Assembly: GCF_000008645.1 (NCBI RefSeq)
Contig: NC_000916.1
Span: 450,001 to 482,000, forward strand
From: Methanothermobacter thermautotrophicus str. Delta H
GTDB taxonomy: Archaea; Methanobacteriota; Methanobacteria; Methanobacteriales; Methanothermobacteraceae
Direction of reading: 5' to 3'
DNA: 32,000 nucleotides
Positions 8,632-18,329 of this stretch are shown piece after piece. Below the pieces are notes generated by a model. That model saw only the letters and a list, made by a program, of their open reading frames with translations, was not told the origin of the DNA and made no database searches. Both the position numbers and the translations under genes were made by a program. Position 1 is the first letter of the stretch. Each line of letters opens with the position of its first letter.

Positions 8632-8831
8632 TTTTTCCATTGAATTCTCATGGCCGGTAGCCTCCCCTGAGATTATTGAAAATACATTAACATTAAAATT
8701 AAAGTTATTATGAAGAATTTAATAGGCTGATGAATTCAATAAAAAAATTTATATTCAATAATTTTAATGTACATTATTATGTCATACTCAGACTATAAGG
8801 GCTGTGCATCTATAATTTCAGAGGTGATGTT

Positions 8832-9866
8832 ATGAATGAGACCGTCAGGGAGTACCTTAATGGACTTGAGTTCCTGAAGCCCCAGGTTTCAGGACCCATG
8901 GAGGTCATACCGGTCCGGGCTCCCGGGGGAAGTCTGAGCTATCTTACATTATCAGAGGCCATGGAAAGGGAAGTGCTCTGGATGGGGGAGGTGGATGAGT
9001 CAGGCTCGGTGCCGCAGGTGCGTGCAGTGAACCGCTCCTGCGAACCCGTGCTCTTAATTGATGGTGAGGAACTTGAGGGTGGCAAGCAGAACCGTGTGAT
9101 CAATGCAACGGTTCTATTACCTGAGGAATCCGAGACAATCATACCTGTGAGCTGTGTTGAACAGGCAAGGTGGTCCTACACCTCAAAGGAGTTCAGGGAC
9201 CCGGGGAGGGTTGCTGCCCTGAATGTCCGCCTTACAAAGACAAGGACAGTTACAGAGAACCTGGAAGGGATGGCCGGACACATCATTGATTCAGGACCAG
9301 AGCAGACACCTGAAGAGAGAGCCATGGAATTCTACCGTTCAAACCAGGGAATGGTATGGGAGGAGGTGAACAGGCTCCACAGGAGGACAGGTACAGAATC
9401 AGGGACCGGAGCAATGGGGGATGCCTACCGGAAGGAGGAAGATAAACTCAACAAATTCAGAAAACCATTCAGACCCGTGAAAGACCAGAAAGGTGTTCTT
9501 GTAGCTATAAACGGGACGATAGCTGGACTCGAATTTGTTTCAAGAGCTGAGGCCTACATGAGGCTCCATGAGAGGATCATAGGAAGCTATGCCATTGAGG
9601 CCATGCTGCATGATAGGGTAGAACATGGCCCCCTGAATGAGGGTAGCTTCATTGAGGAGATAATGGGTGCAGATGAGAAGAGCTACCCATCCCCCAGCTA
9701 CGGTACAGACCACAGGTACACCTCAGATCACATTACCGGTTCAGCCCTCACACACAGGGGTGAGGTGGTGCACTCTGTTTTCTTCAGCCTGGAGAATGAC
9801 CGGTTACCTTGCAGGGCCATGGAAATGATGAGGAGCAATCATCACATATCACAGAACCATCAATGA
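8832..9866 (+). CDS. DUF6569 / ARPP-1-like domain protein (tentative), function unknown
   Basis: GPMEVIPV..LSYLTLSEAMERE..V.EVDESGSVPQVRAVNRS.EPVLLIDGEELEGGKQNRVINATVL.....IIPVSCVEQARWSY matches my recollection of this family's N-terminal signature. The SD GAGGTGATGTT is in the canonical register before the ATG. Confidence 0.5.
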   Translation: MNETVREYLNGLEFLKPQVSGPMEVIPVRAPGGSLSYLTLSEAMEREVLWMGEVDESGSVPQVRAVNRSCEPVLLIDGEELEGGKQNRVINATVLLPEESETIIPVSCVEQARWSYTSKEFRDPGRVAALNVRLTKTRTVTENLEGMAGHIIDSGPEQTPEERAMEFYRSNQGMVWEEVNRLHRRTGTESGTGAMGDAYRKEEDKLNKFRKPFRPVKDQKGVLVAINGTIAGLEFVSRAEAYMRLHERIIGSYAIEAMLHDRVEHGPLNEGSFIEEIMGADEKSYPSPSYGTDHRYTSDHITGSALTHRGEVVHSVFFSLENDRLPCRAMEMMRSNHHISQNHQ

Positions 9867-9977
9867 GGAAACACCATCACCCAGTTAATATAAATTTTAC
9901 CTTATAATAATTAAAGTTAACTTTAAATACTGCCTCCCTTAAAGTAAAGCTGAATAAAATTAAAGGGAGGTGAAATT

Positions 9978-12900
9978 ATCAGGAGATTAATAGCACTGCT
10001 TGCAGTGATACTCACAGTTTCACTCACAGGAGCTGTCAGTGCAGCAGAGGTGACAGGACACGTCAGGGAGATATACAATGAAACATCAGGGAGCTACACA
10101 ACCCTGGAAGGTGCGCTACCAGTCAGAAACGCCACTGTAACCATAATACATAACGGATCTGTTCTCAATGAGACACGTACAGCGCCGGATGGCTCATACA
10201 GAATCAACTTCAACGACACATTCCCTGCGGTTGTCCAGATAAAGTATTCCAGCTACAGGACAGCCAGCTACACCATCAACGGCTCATGCACCATCAACCA
10301 CACCTTCATGCCAGATATAGCCATAATAAGTTCGGTTCCAGAGAAGGGCCGCATCCTCAAATCAATGGAGAACCGGAGGATAATCTACCATGACATGTGG
10401 GATCCATCATCATCGGCAAACGACTGGATAATGGAGTACGTGAACTTCGCCTACCTGGACATGGCCATGCCCGGGACAGGATGGGGCGACTCATGGTACC
10501 CCTACCTTCTGAGGAGCCCTGCGAACCAGAGGAACATGATAGCAGCGGCCTTCGGTTACCCCACCGATACAGACAGCGACCATGGGGGGGCACGGGGCTG
10601 AACCTCCTCGGAGGGACACCCGGCAATGACACCCCCGGTACCATTGAGAACACCTACATTGCAAGCTACTATGCCCTTGCATCAGGAACAGCTGCCAGGG
10701 AGAACCTGGAGAACATGGTGAAGTACATCCAGTACCTCATGGGTGAGACCACATCCAACCCAGTGGAGAACGGCCAGGGCCCGGTTATGGCAGCCCCTGA
10801 CTGGGGACTATACCACCCTGACCGTGGCGTCATGAGCGTCGCAGCAAGCAGGGAGCAGATAAGAACCTGGATAGAGGGCAACCCGGGACTCATCCCACCC
10901 TATGACAGCCTCAGGTGGATAGACCAGAACTTCTCATCATGGGCAGAAAACCAGCGAAACGATGTCTACAGAGAATTTGAGAACTGGTACAGTGCAAACA
11001 AGAACATCACAGGACCCTTCATCGTCGTTGTAAGCTACAACCCATCAAACACCGTGGATGCCATAATCCGGGAGGCTGAGAGGCAGGGAAGGGCAGCATT
11101 CAACCTCTACCAGGGTGCCACCAGCCCCGCAGTGAGTTCCCTCCTCGAGGAGCTCACACTGGGTGTCAACGGTAAGGGGCCCCTGAACCGTAACATAAGC
11201 GCCGTCATATCCCTCTACTCCTGGTCCCTCAACTACGCGAACCTGCCATCCGGCGGGGCCCTCAGCGAACTTGAGAGGATCAATCTGCCCGTACTGAAGG
11301 CTGTGCAGCTCTACAGCAACTCAAGCCTGACAAACCCCCTGGGTGCACAGTACGAGTGGACCTGGCAGGTCACAATACCCGGATTTGAGGGCGTGTTCTC
11401 ACCCGTGGTTGTATCATACACCGATTCATCACAGAATGAGGTCGTGATTCAGTCAGGGGTCCGGAAGATGGTCGAACTGGCGAATGCATGGGCCAGACTC
11501 AGGGAACTTGAAAATTCAGAGAAGAAAATTGCGGTGATACTCTACAGCTACCCTCCGGGTAAGGATGGATTCACGGCATCATACCTTGACGTCTTCAGGA
11601 GCCTCCATGAACTCCTTGTGAAGCTCAATGAAAGCGGCTACAGGGTTGAGAGGATACCATCACCTGAGGAGCTCTACACCATCGTCTCAGAGTTCGGTAA
11701 TAAGGGCACCTGGGCCCAGCCACTTCTTGAGAGGTATGTGTCAGAGCACAGGAGGGAGCTGGAAGCCAGAGGTCAGCTGCTCGACATCCAGAGGTACCTT
11801 GAATGGTTCAACGCCCTCCCTGAGAAGCTGCGCTCAGAGGTCATATCAAGGTGGGGCCAGCCCCCAGGCAACATAATGACGGTTAACGGGTCCATCGTCA
11901 TCCCTGGTCTGATGCTGGGGAACATCTTCATAACTGTCCAGCCGGCCCGTGGCTGGGATGAGGTCACAGACTACCATAACCCATATCTGCCACCCCACCA
12001 CCAGTACCTGGCCTTCTACCGCTGGATCGATGAGGTCCTAGGCGCCGATGCCATGGTCCACCTGGGGACCCATGGAACCCTCGAGTTCCTCCCGGGAAGG
12101 ATGATCGGCCTCATGGAGGATGACTGGCCCTTCCAGCTCACCAGTCTGCCCAACATATACCCATACATAGTCTCAAACCCTGGTGAGGGAATGGTGGCAA
12201 AGGACCGCAGCGGTGCACTCATCATAGACCACATGACACCTGCAATGGTCCAGAGTGGCCTCTACGGTGCACTCATTGAGATCCACGACCTCATCCACCA
12301 GTACGAGAACGCCCTTAAGGTCGGTAACAACCAGATACTCCCTGCACTGGAATCCCGGATAAAGACTGAGGCCTCAGAGATGGGCTTCAACATGACCGGT
12401 AACTTCACAGAGGCCCTTGAGAGACTCCACCTCAGTCTACATGAGATAGAGTCAGACATAATACCCCTGGGACTCCACAGCCTCGGCAGGGTCCTTGAGG
12501 GTGACGAGCTCCTGGAGGAGGTTCTCACCATAGCATCATCAAGGTCAGATCTCCTCGAGAATATCAGGAAACAGCTCTATCCGGGTCTGCCAGCCTACAC
12601 TGAGATGCTGAAGGACCCACTGCGCTACAGTGACGAGATAGCCTCAGTGAAGAACCTTGCACGTCTATGGATAGGCAGCATCATAAACGGTACTGTGCCC
12701 TCCGGGATAAATGCCACGGACCTTGAGTTCATCAATGACACCATCATGAAGATACGTGGAAACACCGAATGGCAGAGCATCCTCGCAGCGCTCTCAGGTG
12801 GATTCATAAGACCTGGACTTGCAGGGGACCCTGCCTGGTGTGACGTACTTCCAACAGGCGCCAACTTCTACTCAACAAACCCCAGGAAGATGCCCACAAG

Positions 12901-14448
12901 GGCTGCATGGGAGACCGCAGTGAGGATAGTTGATTCGATGCTTGCAGAGTACTACCAGAAGCATGGCAGCTTCCCTGAACTCATCGGTATGGTTATGTGG
13001 GGCACTGAACTCCTGAGGACCGACGGGATAGCCATTGCAGAGTTCCTATACCTTCTCGGAGTTAAACCCCAGTGGAACAGTAACGGTGACGTCAACCCAG
13101 CCCCGGTCCTCATGAATGCATCAGAACTCATGATAACAGTGAACGGTACCCGGATACCAAGGCCACGTATAGACGTATTTGTAACAGCAGTCACAGGTAA
13201 CCAGCTCTGGATAGACCTCATGAATAAGGCCGTTGAACTTGCAGCTTCAGCCAGTGACACCGAGAACTATGTGAAAAAACATTACAGTGAATGCGGATCC
13301 CTTGACCGTGTATTCGGTCTCAGGGGACTCGTACTCGAGGGTACTGGTGTATCTGATATGACACCTGCAACCTCAAGGTGGAACACCAGCAGTGAACTCG
13401 CAGACGTCTACCTGTCAAGGGTATCCTATGCCTGGAGGTCCACCCCAGGAGGCGTGGATATACAGCAGAACCGGGGCACGTTCCAGTACCTCCTGGGTAA
13501 GGTGAACCTGGTGACACAGAACCTGGACAGCACATGGAGGCTGATGGACACCGACGACTACTATGACTGGTTCGGTGGAATGGTCCTCGCATCAAGGCAC
13601 CTGGGAGGTAACCCCGATACAGCTCTTATAGATATAAGGAACAGGAACACGGTTACAGTGAGAACGGTGGCCGAGGAGATTGAACTTGAGATCAGATCCC
13701 AGCTCCTCAACCCCAAGTACATGGATTCCCTCCTCAATCACCCAGCGGGTGGCTTGAATATGCTTCAAGGTACAAAAATGTCTTTGGAATTGCAGTTACA
13801 ACCGGCAGCGTCAGCAATGAACTCTGGGACCAGCTCGCAAGGAACCTTCTGAGTGACCGCTTCAGGGCATCCGGGGGCTATGAGGCCACTGCAACACAGT
13901 CCATGATTGCCTGGGTCCTTGAAGCCGCAAGGAGAAACATCTGGAGCGCCGACGGTTCCCTGGTGAGGGATCTTGCAAACCGTTACATTGAACTCGCAGG
14001 AGAGTACGGTGTTGTCTGCTGCCACCACACCTGCGCAAACATTGTCTTCAATAACTGGGTGGTGAAGGTCTCATCCCTCAACCAGGCATCCCTCAAGAAG
14101 TTTGCAGCTGCACTGGCTGCAGCCACAGGGAAGTCCATTGATGTCCCTGGCTCTGATGGTTCACAGCCAGGATCAGCAAATGATGGTAGTGGGGTCGGCG
14201 AGACAGGTAAACCGGATTCAGGTTCCGCAGGATCTGCAGGTAGCAGTTCATCAGGCAGTGCATCCACTTCATCATCAGATGCTGCTGGAGAGTCATCATC
14301 CAGTGAAGGAAGAGAATCAGGGAAGGCCTATGAGGTTTCAGCCTCAAATAGCAGCGGTTCAGCAGAGAGTCAGGTGCCCCTCTATGCAATTCTGGGTGTC
14401 GTGGCACTTGTACTGCTCGTAGGATTTGGTTACTTCAGGGGTAAATAA
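9978..14448 (+). CDS. Large secreted, C-terminally membrane-anchored CobN/Mg-chelatase-H-like protein (signal peptide + CarboxypepD_reg-like domain + CobN body + Ser/Gly linker + TM); split by two frameshifts as assembled
   Basis: Track fragments 10005..10601, 10397..13852 and 13903..14448 form one reading. DSDHGG|TGLNLLGG joins across the G7 run at 10584-10590, and LLNH|PSGWLEYASRYKNVFGIAVTTG joins across the C-run at 13741-13743. CobN signatures: MVHLGTHGTLEFLPGR and DVLPTGANFYSTNPRKMPTRAAWE. N-terminus (I)RRLIALLAVILTVSLTGAVSA-AE. Many N-x-S/T sequons. C-terminal VPLYAILGVVALVLLVGFGYFRGK. Confidence 0.85.
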
Positions 14449-14458
14449 CCCCAATTCC

Positions 14459-14466
14459 TTTTTTTT
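14459..14466 (+). terminator. Oligo-T (T8) tract, an archaeal-type terminator after the CobN-like gene
   Basis: T8 run 11 nt after the stop at 14448. Confidence 0.5.
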
Positions 14467-14525
14467 AAGGCTCATAAAATTAATCATGGCCATGAGCTGC
14501 ATCAGCTCTTAAACTAAGCATCATT

Positions 14526-15386
14526 CTAAAGGCAGCCCACCTGTTTCCTGAGTTCAGTCAGAACACGCAGCAGAAGTTTGCTGGTGAGGTGCCACTCCCC
14601 TCCCCTCAGCTCCACGAGGCCCCGGAGCTCAAGCCCCTCAATTTCCTCATCACCAACAGCCCCCTCTGGTATGGGGGCGTCACAGAGATCAGAGAGGATT
14701 CTCTTCTCCACGGGACTGAGCTGTGATAGCTCCACCATCCAGGGAAATGCGATCTGCTGAAACTTGGCAGTGAAGTTCTCCTCCAGCAGCGCCGGCCCAT
14801 AGATGACCCCATCTGAGAGGACGTTCAAGAAGCTGTCAATGAAGAGGGGAAGCCCCTCTGTGAGTCTGTAGATGTAATCCAGGCCTGCAGCTGTGGCCCT
14901 GAATTTGGGTGCCTTCATGCGGATGTAGTTCTCTGTTTCCCTATCCCTAAGGGGTGGTATGTTGACGATGGCCAGTTCAGGTATTCCCTCTTTAATCTCA
15001 TCCAGTAAGTGTCTGCTGTAGGTGGTGGAGACCGCGCATCCCATTGAGTACATACTGCTCATCTTCCAGGCCTCCCTGAAGGCTGATGGTTCAGGTGGCA
15101 TTGAATCTATGAGGATGTTCCACTCAACAGTCCTGGCCAGCGCCATTATCCTCCTGAAGTCTTGTATCCCCTCATGGACCTCCCTTATATCGGCGCACCT
15201 CATATCGATTAGAGTTGTCCTGCTGGGGTTCTCCCCATGGAGTTTCCTAAGAATAGCTGTTTTTCCGGAGCCCCTCATACCTGTTACAATCACGAATCCA
15301 GGGTCATTGAGGCATTCCCTGATCCTTACAAGTTCCCTTTCCCTTCCAAAAAACACATCAGTCCTGTTCAGGGAGATTATGGGCAT
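14526..15386 (-). CDS. Archaeal ATPase family (Arch_ATPase/AAA-like) ATP-binding protein
   Basis: FFGRERELVRIRECL..VIVTGMRGSGKTAIL (Walker A), with an N-terminal layout typical of PF01637-type archaeal ATPases. It starts 19 nt after the stop of the upstream CARF gene. Confidence 0.65.
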   Translation of the reverse strand: MPIISLNRTDVFFGRERELVRIRECLNDPGFVIVTGMRGSGKTAILRKLHGENPSRTTLIDMRCADIREVHEGIQDFRRIMALARTVEWNILIDSMPPEPSAFREAWKMSSMYSMGCAVSTTYSRHLLDEIKEGIPELAIVNIPPLRDRETENYIRMKAPKFRATAAGLDYIYRLTEGLPLFIDSFLNVLSDGVIYGPALLEENFTAKFQQIAFPWMVELSQLSPVEKRILSDLCDAPIPEGAVGDEEIEGLELRGLVELRGGEWHLTSKLLLRVLTELRKQVGCL

Positions 15387-15405
15387 AAATACACTTATTC
15401 ATGTT

Positions 15406-16008
15406 TTAGAGTACTGCGAGTTCGCCGGCTGAGGTTATTTCAAGCTTTTCCCGGTCGATGAACCCCATGTCACGGAGTTCCCTTATGTGGTTGTAGGTCA
15501 TCCCCCTGCTTATGCCTATCTTAACTGCAAGGTTTTTAACGGATTTTTCACCGGCCTTGAGCTCCTCAAGGACCTGTTTCTTTGTCTTGGAGATTCCGAA
15601 GCTCAGTATCGGGAGGTCTATCAGTTCATTGTCCTCCTCAGTCACATAGACTATGCGCTGGACGTCGTGGTTTCTTGCGTAGCAGCCAAAGAGTGCGCCG
15701 AGTGCCTGGGTCTTCCTGCCCCCGCTTATGTTCACAACCACACGCCTTCCATGGGCCCTTTCCTCGTCTATGATCTCCACCATATCCCTTGCAATGCTCA
15801 CAACGTCATAGAGGCTGGTCTCAAAGGTTGTTATCTCGACGAAGTTGCCGAGGGTGTCCCTGAGAACCTGCTCCACCTGCTCCTTTTCCCTGGGAGCCTT
15901 GTCCTCCTTGAGTAAAACCACCTTTCGCGGTGAGAACTGTGTTATGCAGAACATCACCGGTTCAATGGAGTATATCGTGGATATAAGCGTGGTATCCATT
16001 ATTATCAC
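15406..16008 (-). CDS. CARF domain + winged-HTH transcriptional regulator (Csa3-like, 'CRISPR locus-related DNA-binding protein' type)
   Basis: N-terminal Rossmann-like domain with the [10 protein letters not shown] loop at the position of the CARF ligand-binding motif. C-terminal [38 protein letters not shown] is a wHTH. The start is GTG 16008 or ATG 15999. Confidence 0.6.
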   Translation of the reverse strand: MIIMDTTLISTIYSIEPVMFCITQFSPRKVVLLKEDKAPREKEQVEQVLRDTLGNFVEITTFETSLYDVVSIARDMVEIIDEERAHGRRVVVNISGGRKTQALGALFGCYARNHDVQRIVYVTEEDNELIDLPILSFGISKTKKQVLEELKAGEKSVKNLAVKIGISRGMTYNHIRELRDMGFIDREKLEITSAGELAVL

Positions 16009-16366
16009 GTCCCTCCTGTTTTCCTATCCCAAAGTTTTGTTCACGGAAAACAATTCATCATATTTGAGTTTATATTCTCTGATTACTCTATATATAATTT
16101 TCCTATTTTGATTTTACATTCATAAAAAACGCTTTTTTCTATCAGATCATGAGGTATCCTGCAGGATTAAATTTACAGCTAGCAGCATTCATCATCATAC
16201 CTTGAATTTTAATTCATCCCAATATGGAGATGATGAGATTTCTCTGAGGATACCATGACAGTGAAGGATTGTATAATGAAGTTAATGAAGGCGGCATCCT
16301 ACCAGTGAAAAAAAATTTCTTATCGATGTGGGTAGTATTTGATTATGTCAATAAAAAATGTTAATA

Positions 16367-16374
16367 TTTAAATA
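16367..16374 (+). promoter_or_regulatory. TATA-like box TTTAAATA upstream of the DUF2085 gene
   Basis: Lies within a 400-bp AT-rich spacer, about 50 nt before the start codon. Confidence 0.3.
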
Positions 16375-16417
16375 TAATGAGATGCCTATCATATTTTAGA
16401 TCCATTGATACATTGTA

Positions 16418-16753
16418 GTGGTGTGTATGAGGTTCAGGTACATATGTCACAGAAAACCGGAGCGAACATTCTCATTCAGGGGGCACTACTTCCCTGTTTG
16501 TTCAAGGTGTACCGGCATATACCTGGGGGCCTTCACCTATTTCCTGTATGCATTCCTCATACCTGTGAAGTACACAGCAGCCACTGTGCTTCTGGCATTG
16601 CTTCTTGTGATCCCCACATTCATTGACGGATTCACCCAGCTGATGGGTTACAGGGAAAGCAACAATGTTCTGAGATTCTCAACTGGCCTGCCAGCAGGTA
16701 TTGGACTGGCAGTGCTCACAAAGGTCCTCAAACATCTCATACTCCACATCTGA
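16418..16753 (+). CDS. DUF2085 family membrane protein
   Basis: The [24 protein letters not shown] motif followed by TM helices is the DUF2085 signature. ATG 16427 is an alternative start. Confidence 0.7.
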   Translation: MVCMRFRYICHRKPERTFSFRGHYFPVCSRCTGIYLGAFTYFLYAFLIPVKYTAATVLLALLLVIPTFIDGFTQLMGYRESNNVLRFSTGLPAGIGLAVLTKVLKHLILHI

Positions 16754-16786
16754 TACTCAATGGATCAAAAAGAGGAGGTATTTTAA

Positions 16787-17270
16787 ATGAGCTGGTGGAA
16801 GGAACAGAGTTCAGCCACCAAGGCCGGCGTTCCTCATAGGGGCACTGTGCCTTGGTATGATACTGGTAGTTGCGATAGTTGGAATGATGGCCCCGGATAA
16901 TTCTCAGACCGGAGTAGAATCCGTAGATGAGAGTTCTGGGTCCACAGGAACTGAATCAGATATCGTGGTTGAGGACCTTCAGGTTGTCTCAGAGGGGTAT
17001 GGAAGCTACTCTGTGAAGGGAAAGATCACTCCCAGCATTGACTTCTCCTACCTTGAAATGCACCTGAAGTGGTACGACTCAGAGGGGAACCTTCTCTATG
17101 ATGACCCTCTGGCATGGAACATAAACAATGCCAAGGCAGGGCAGACAGTTAAGTTCAGTGCAGTTGACTATATTGACACAGGGACCCCCTCCAAGGTTGA
17201 AGTTATGATCTTTGACTCACTGGCAGCGGATGATAGCTCAGCCATCTACAGGACAACAGTGAATGTTTAA
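16787..17270 (+). CDS. Single-pass membrane protein with extracytoplasmic beta-rich domain (FxLYD-like, tentative); start region frameshifted as assembled
   Basis: ATG 16787 (8 nt after GGAGG) reads MSWWKEQSSATKA. The TM segment AFLIGALCLGMILVVAIVGMM continues in the frame of ORF 16857..17270, so there is an indel somewhere in 16791-16857, probably near 16820-16830. The domain contains ..WYDSEGNLLYDD... Confidence 0.6.
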
Positions 17271-17285
17271 GGGAGGTGAACGGGT

Positions 17286-17600
17286 ATGGCGGACGCTCCA
17301 GAAACATCAAGGACACTTGAACTTGTCCTTGGAGTGATAGGCGGGATTTTCGGTTTACTGGGAGGACTTTTTGCCATTGTTTTCTCGGTATTTGGACCCG
17401 AACTCCTGTACCTGGGTATGAGTGCAATTCTGGCCTCAATTCTGGGTATCATAGGATCTGTGTATGTGAGGAATAACCCCCGCAGGGGTGGTGCTGTACT
17501 CATAATAAGTGCAGTATGGCTCCTCATAAGCATATCTGCCTTTGCGATTCCAGGTACAGTTTTCATTGGTATCGCAGGAGTCCTTGCCCTCATAAGGTAG
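17286..17600 (+). CDS. Small multi-pass membrane protein (DUF4064-like)
   Basis: ETSRTLELVLGVIGGIFGLLGGLFAIVF plus two to three further TM helices. Confidence 0.6.
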   Translation: MADAPETSRTLELVLGVIGGIFGLLGGLFAIVFSVFGPELLYLGMSAILASILGIIGSVYVRNNPRRGGAVLIISAVWLLISISAFAIPGTVFIGIAGVLALIR

Positions 17601-17631
17601 GGCTCCACCAATTTTTTTATATGGAGGTATC

Positions 17632-18329
17632 GTGTTGAAAACTTGCTCGGAATGTGGATCAGAAAACAGGGATGGTGCAGCATTCTGTTCAAAATGTGGA
17701 TCAGAGCTTCCCCATGAAGACGGGATTAAAGGATGGTGGAAAAGGCAGAACAGATCCTCAAAGTTTCTTATCATCACACCCTTTGCCATTCTGGTCCTGA
17801 TTCTACTGTTAGGTGCATTTACAGAGCCGTCCGGTTACAGCGATGTTAATTATGATGATGCAACAGTCTATGATAACGATGCAGCTGACGTTTCAGGCGC
17901 ATCCAGCACAAAAACATTTGGGGAAGCGGAATCTCGTTCAGCTATCCAGACACATGGGAAATCTACATACCGGATGAGAGTAGTGATGATAACGTTGTTT
18001 CCCTCAAGTCATATGAGCAGGGCATGGTTTCAATTCTTTCCGTATATAAGAGGCCAGCCACCGTGGACCTTGAGACCGAGCGCGATACGTGTCTTGGAGC
18101 CATCTATGAAAATGGGGATGATGTAACCTATGTTAAGAAGACCACTGTGGACGGTAACAGCGCCTACATCATAGGATCCTCATACTACTATGAGGGTGAT
18201 GAAGGTGAACAGGAGTACGTGGTATTCATTGAAGGGGACTATGCCTATGATATCCTCTTTACAACCGATGACCTGTCACTTATACAGGATGACATAGATA
18301 CCATAATATACAGTTTCAGGGTTGATTGA
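17632..18329 (+). CDS. Zinc-ribbon + TM + family-A (PsbP/DcrB-like) domain protein; frameshifted as assembled
   Basis: N-terminus (M)KTCSECGSENRDGAAFCSKCGSEL, then WWKRQN and a TM segment. After the G4 run at 17920-17923 the family motif GISFSYPDTWE continues in the frame of ORF 18024..18329, which ends DTIIYSFRVD. TTG 17635 is in the 7-nt SD register. Confidence 0.75.

Noticed and set aside
13983-14422. Several overlapping ORFs on both strands across the Ser/Gly-rich region
   Set aside because: The repetitive GC-rich linker of the CobN-like tail leaves all frames open. Only the frame continuing the CobN C-terminal domain into a TM anchor makes biological sense.
14380-14448. C-terminal ..LLVGFGYFRGK of the CobN-like protein as a PGF-CTERM/archaeosortase signal
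   Set aside because: The PGF tripeptide and its usual context are absent. A plain TM anchor with a basic tail is the conservative reading.
16009-16417. Search for a CRISPR array or leader next to the CARF regulator
   Set aside because: There are no regularly spaced direct repeats, only AT-rich sequence with short palindromes.
17267-17789. Minus-strand ORFs 17267..17692 and 17436..17789
   Set aside because: They overlap the well-supported plus-strand membrane and zinc-ribbon genes, and they lack SDs and recognisable motifs.
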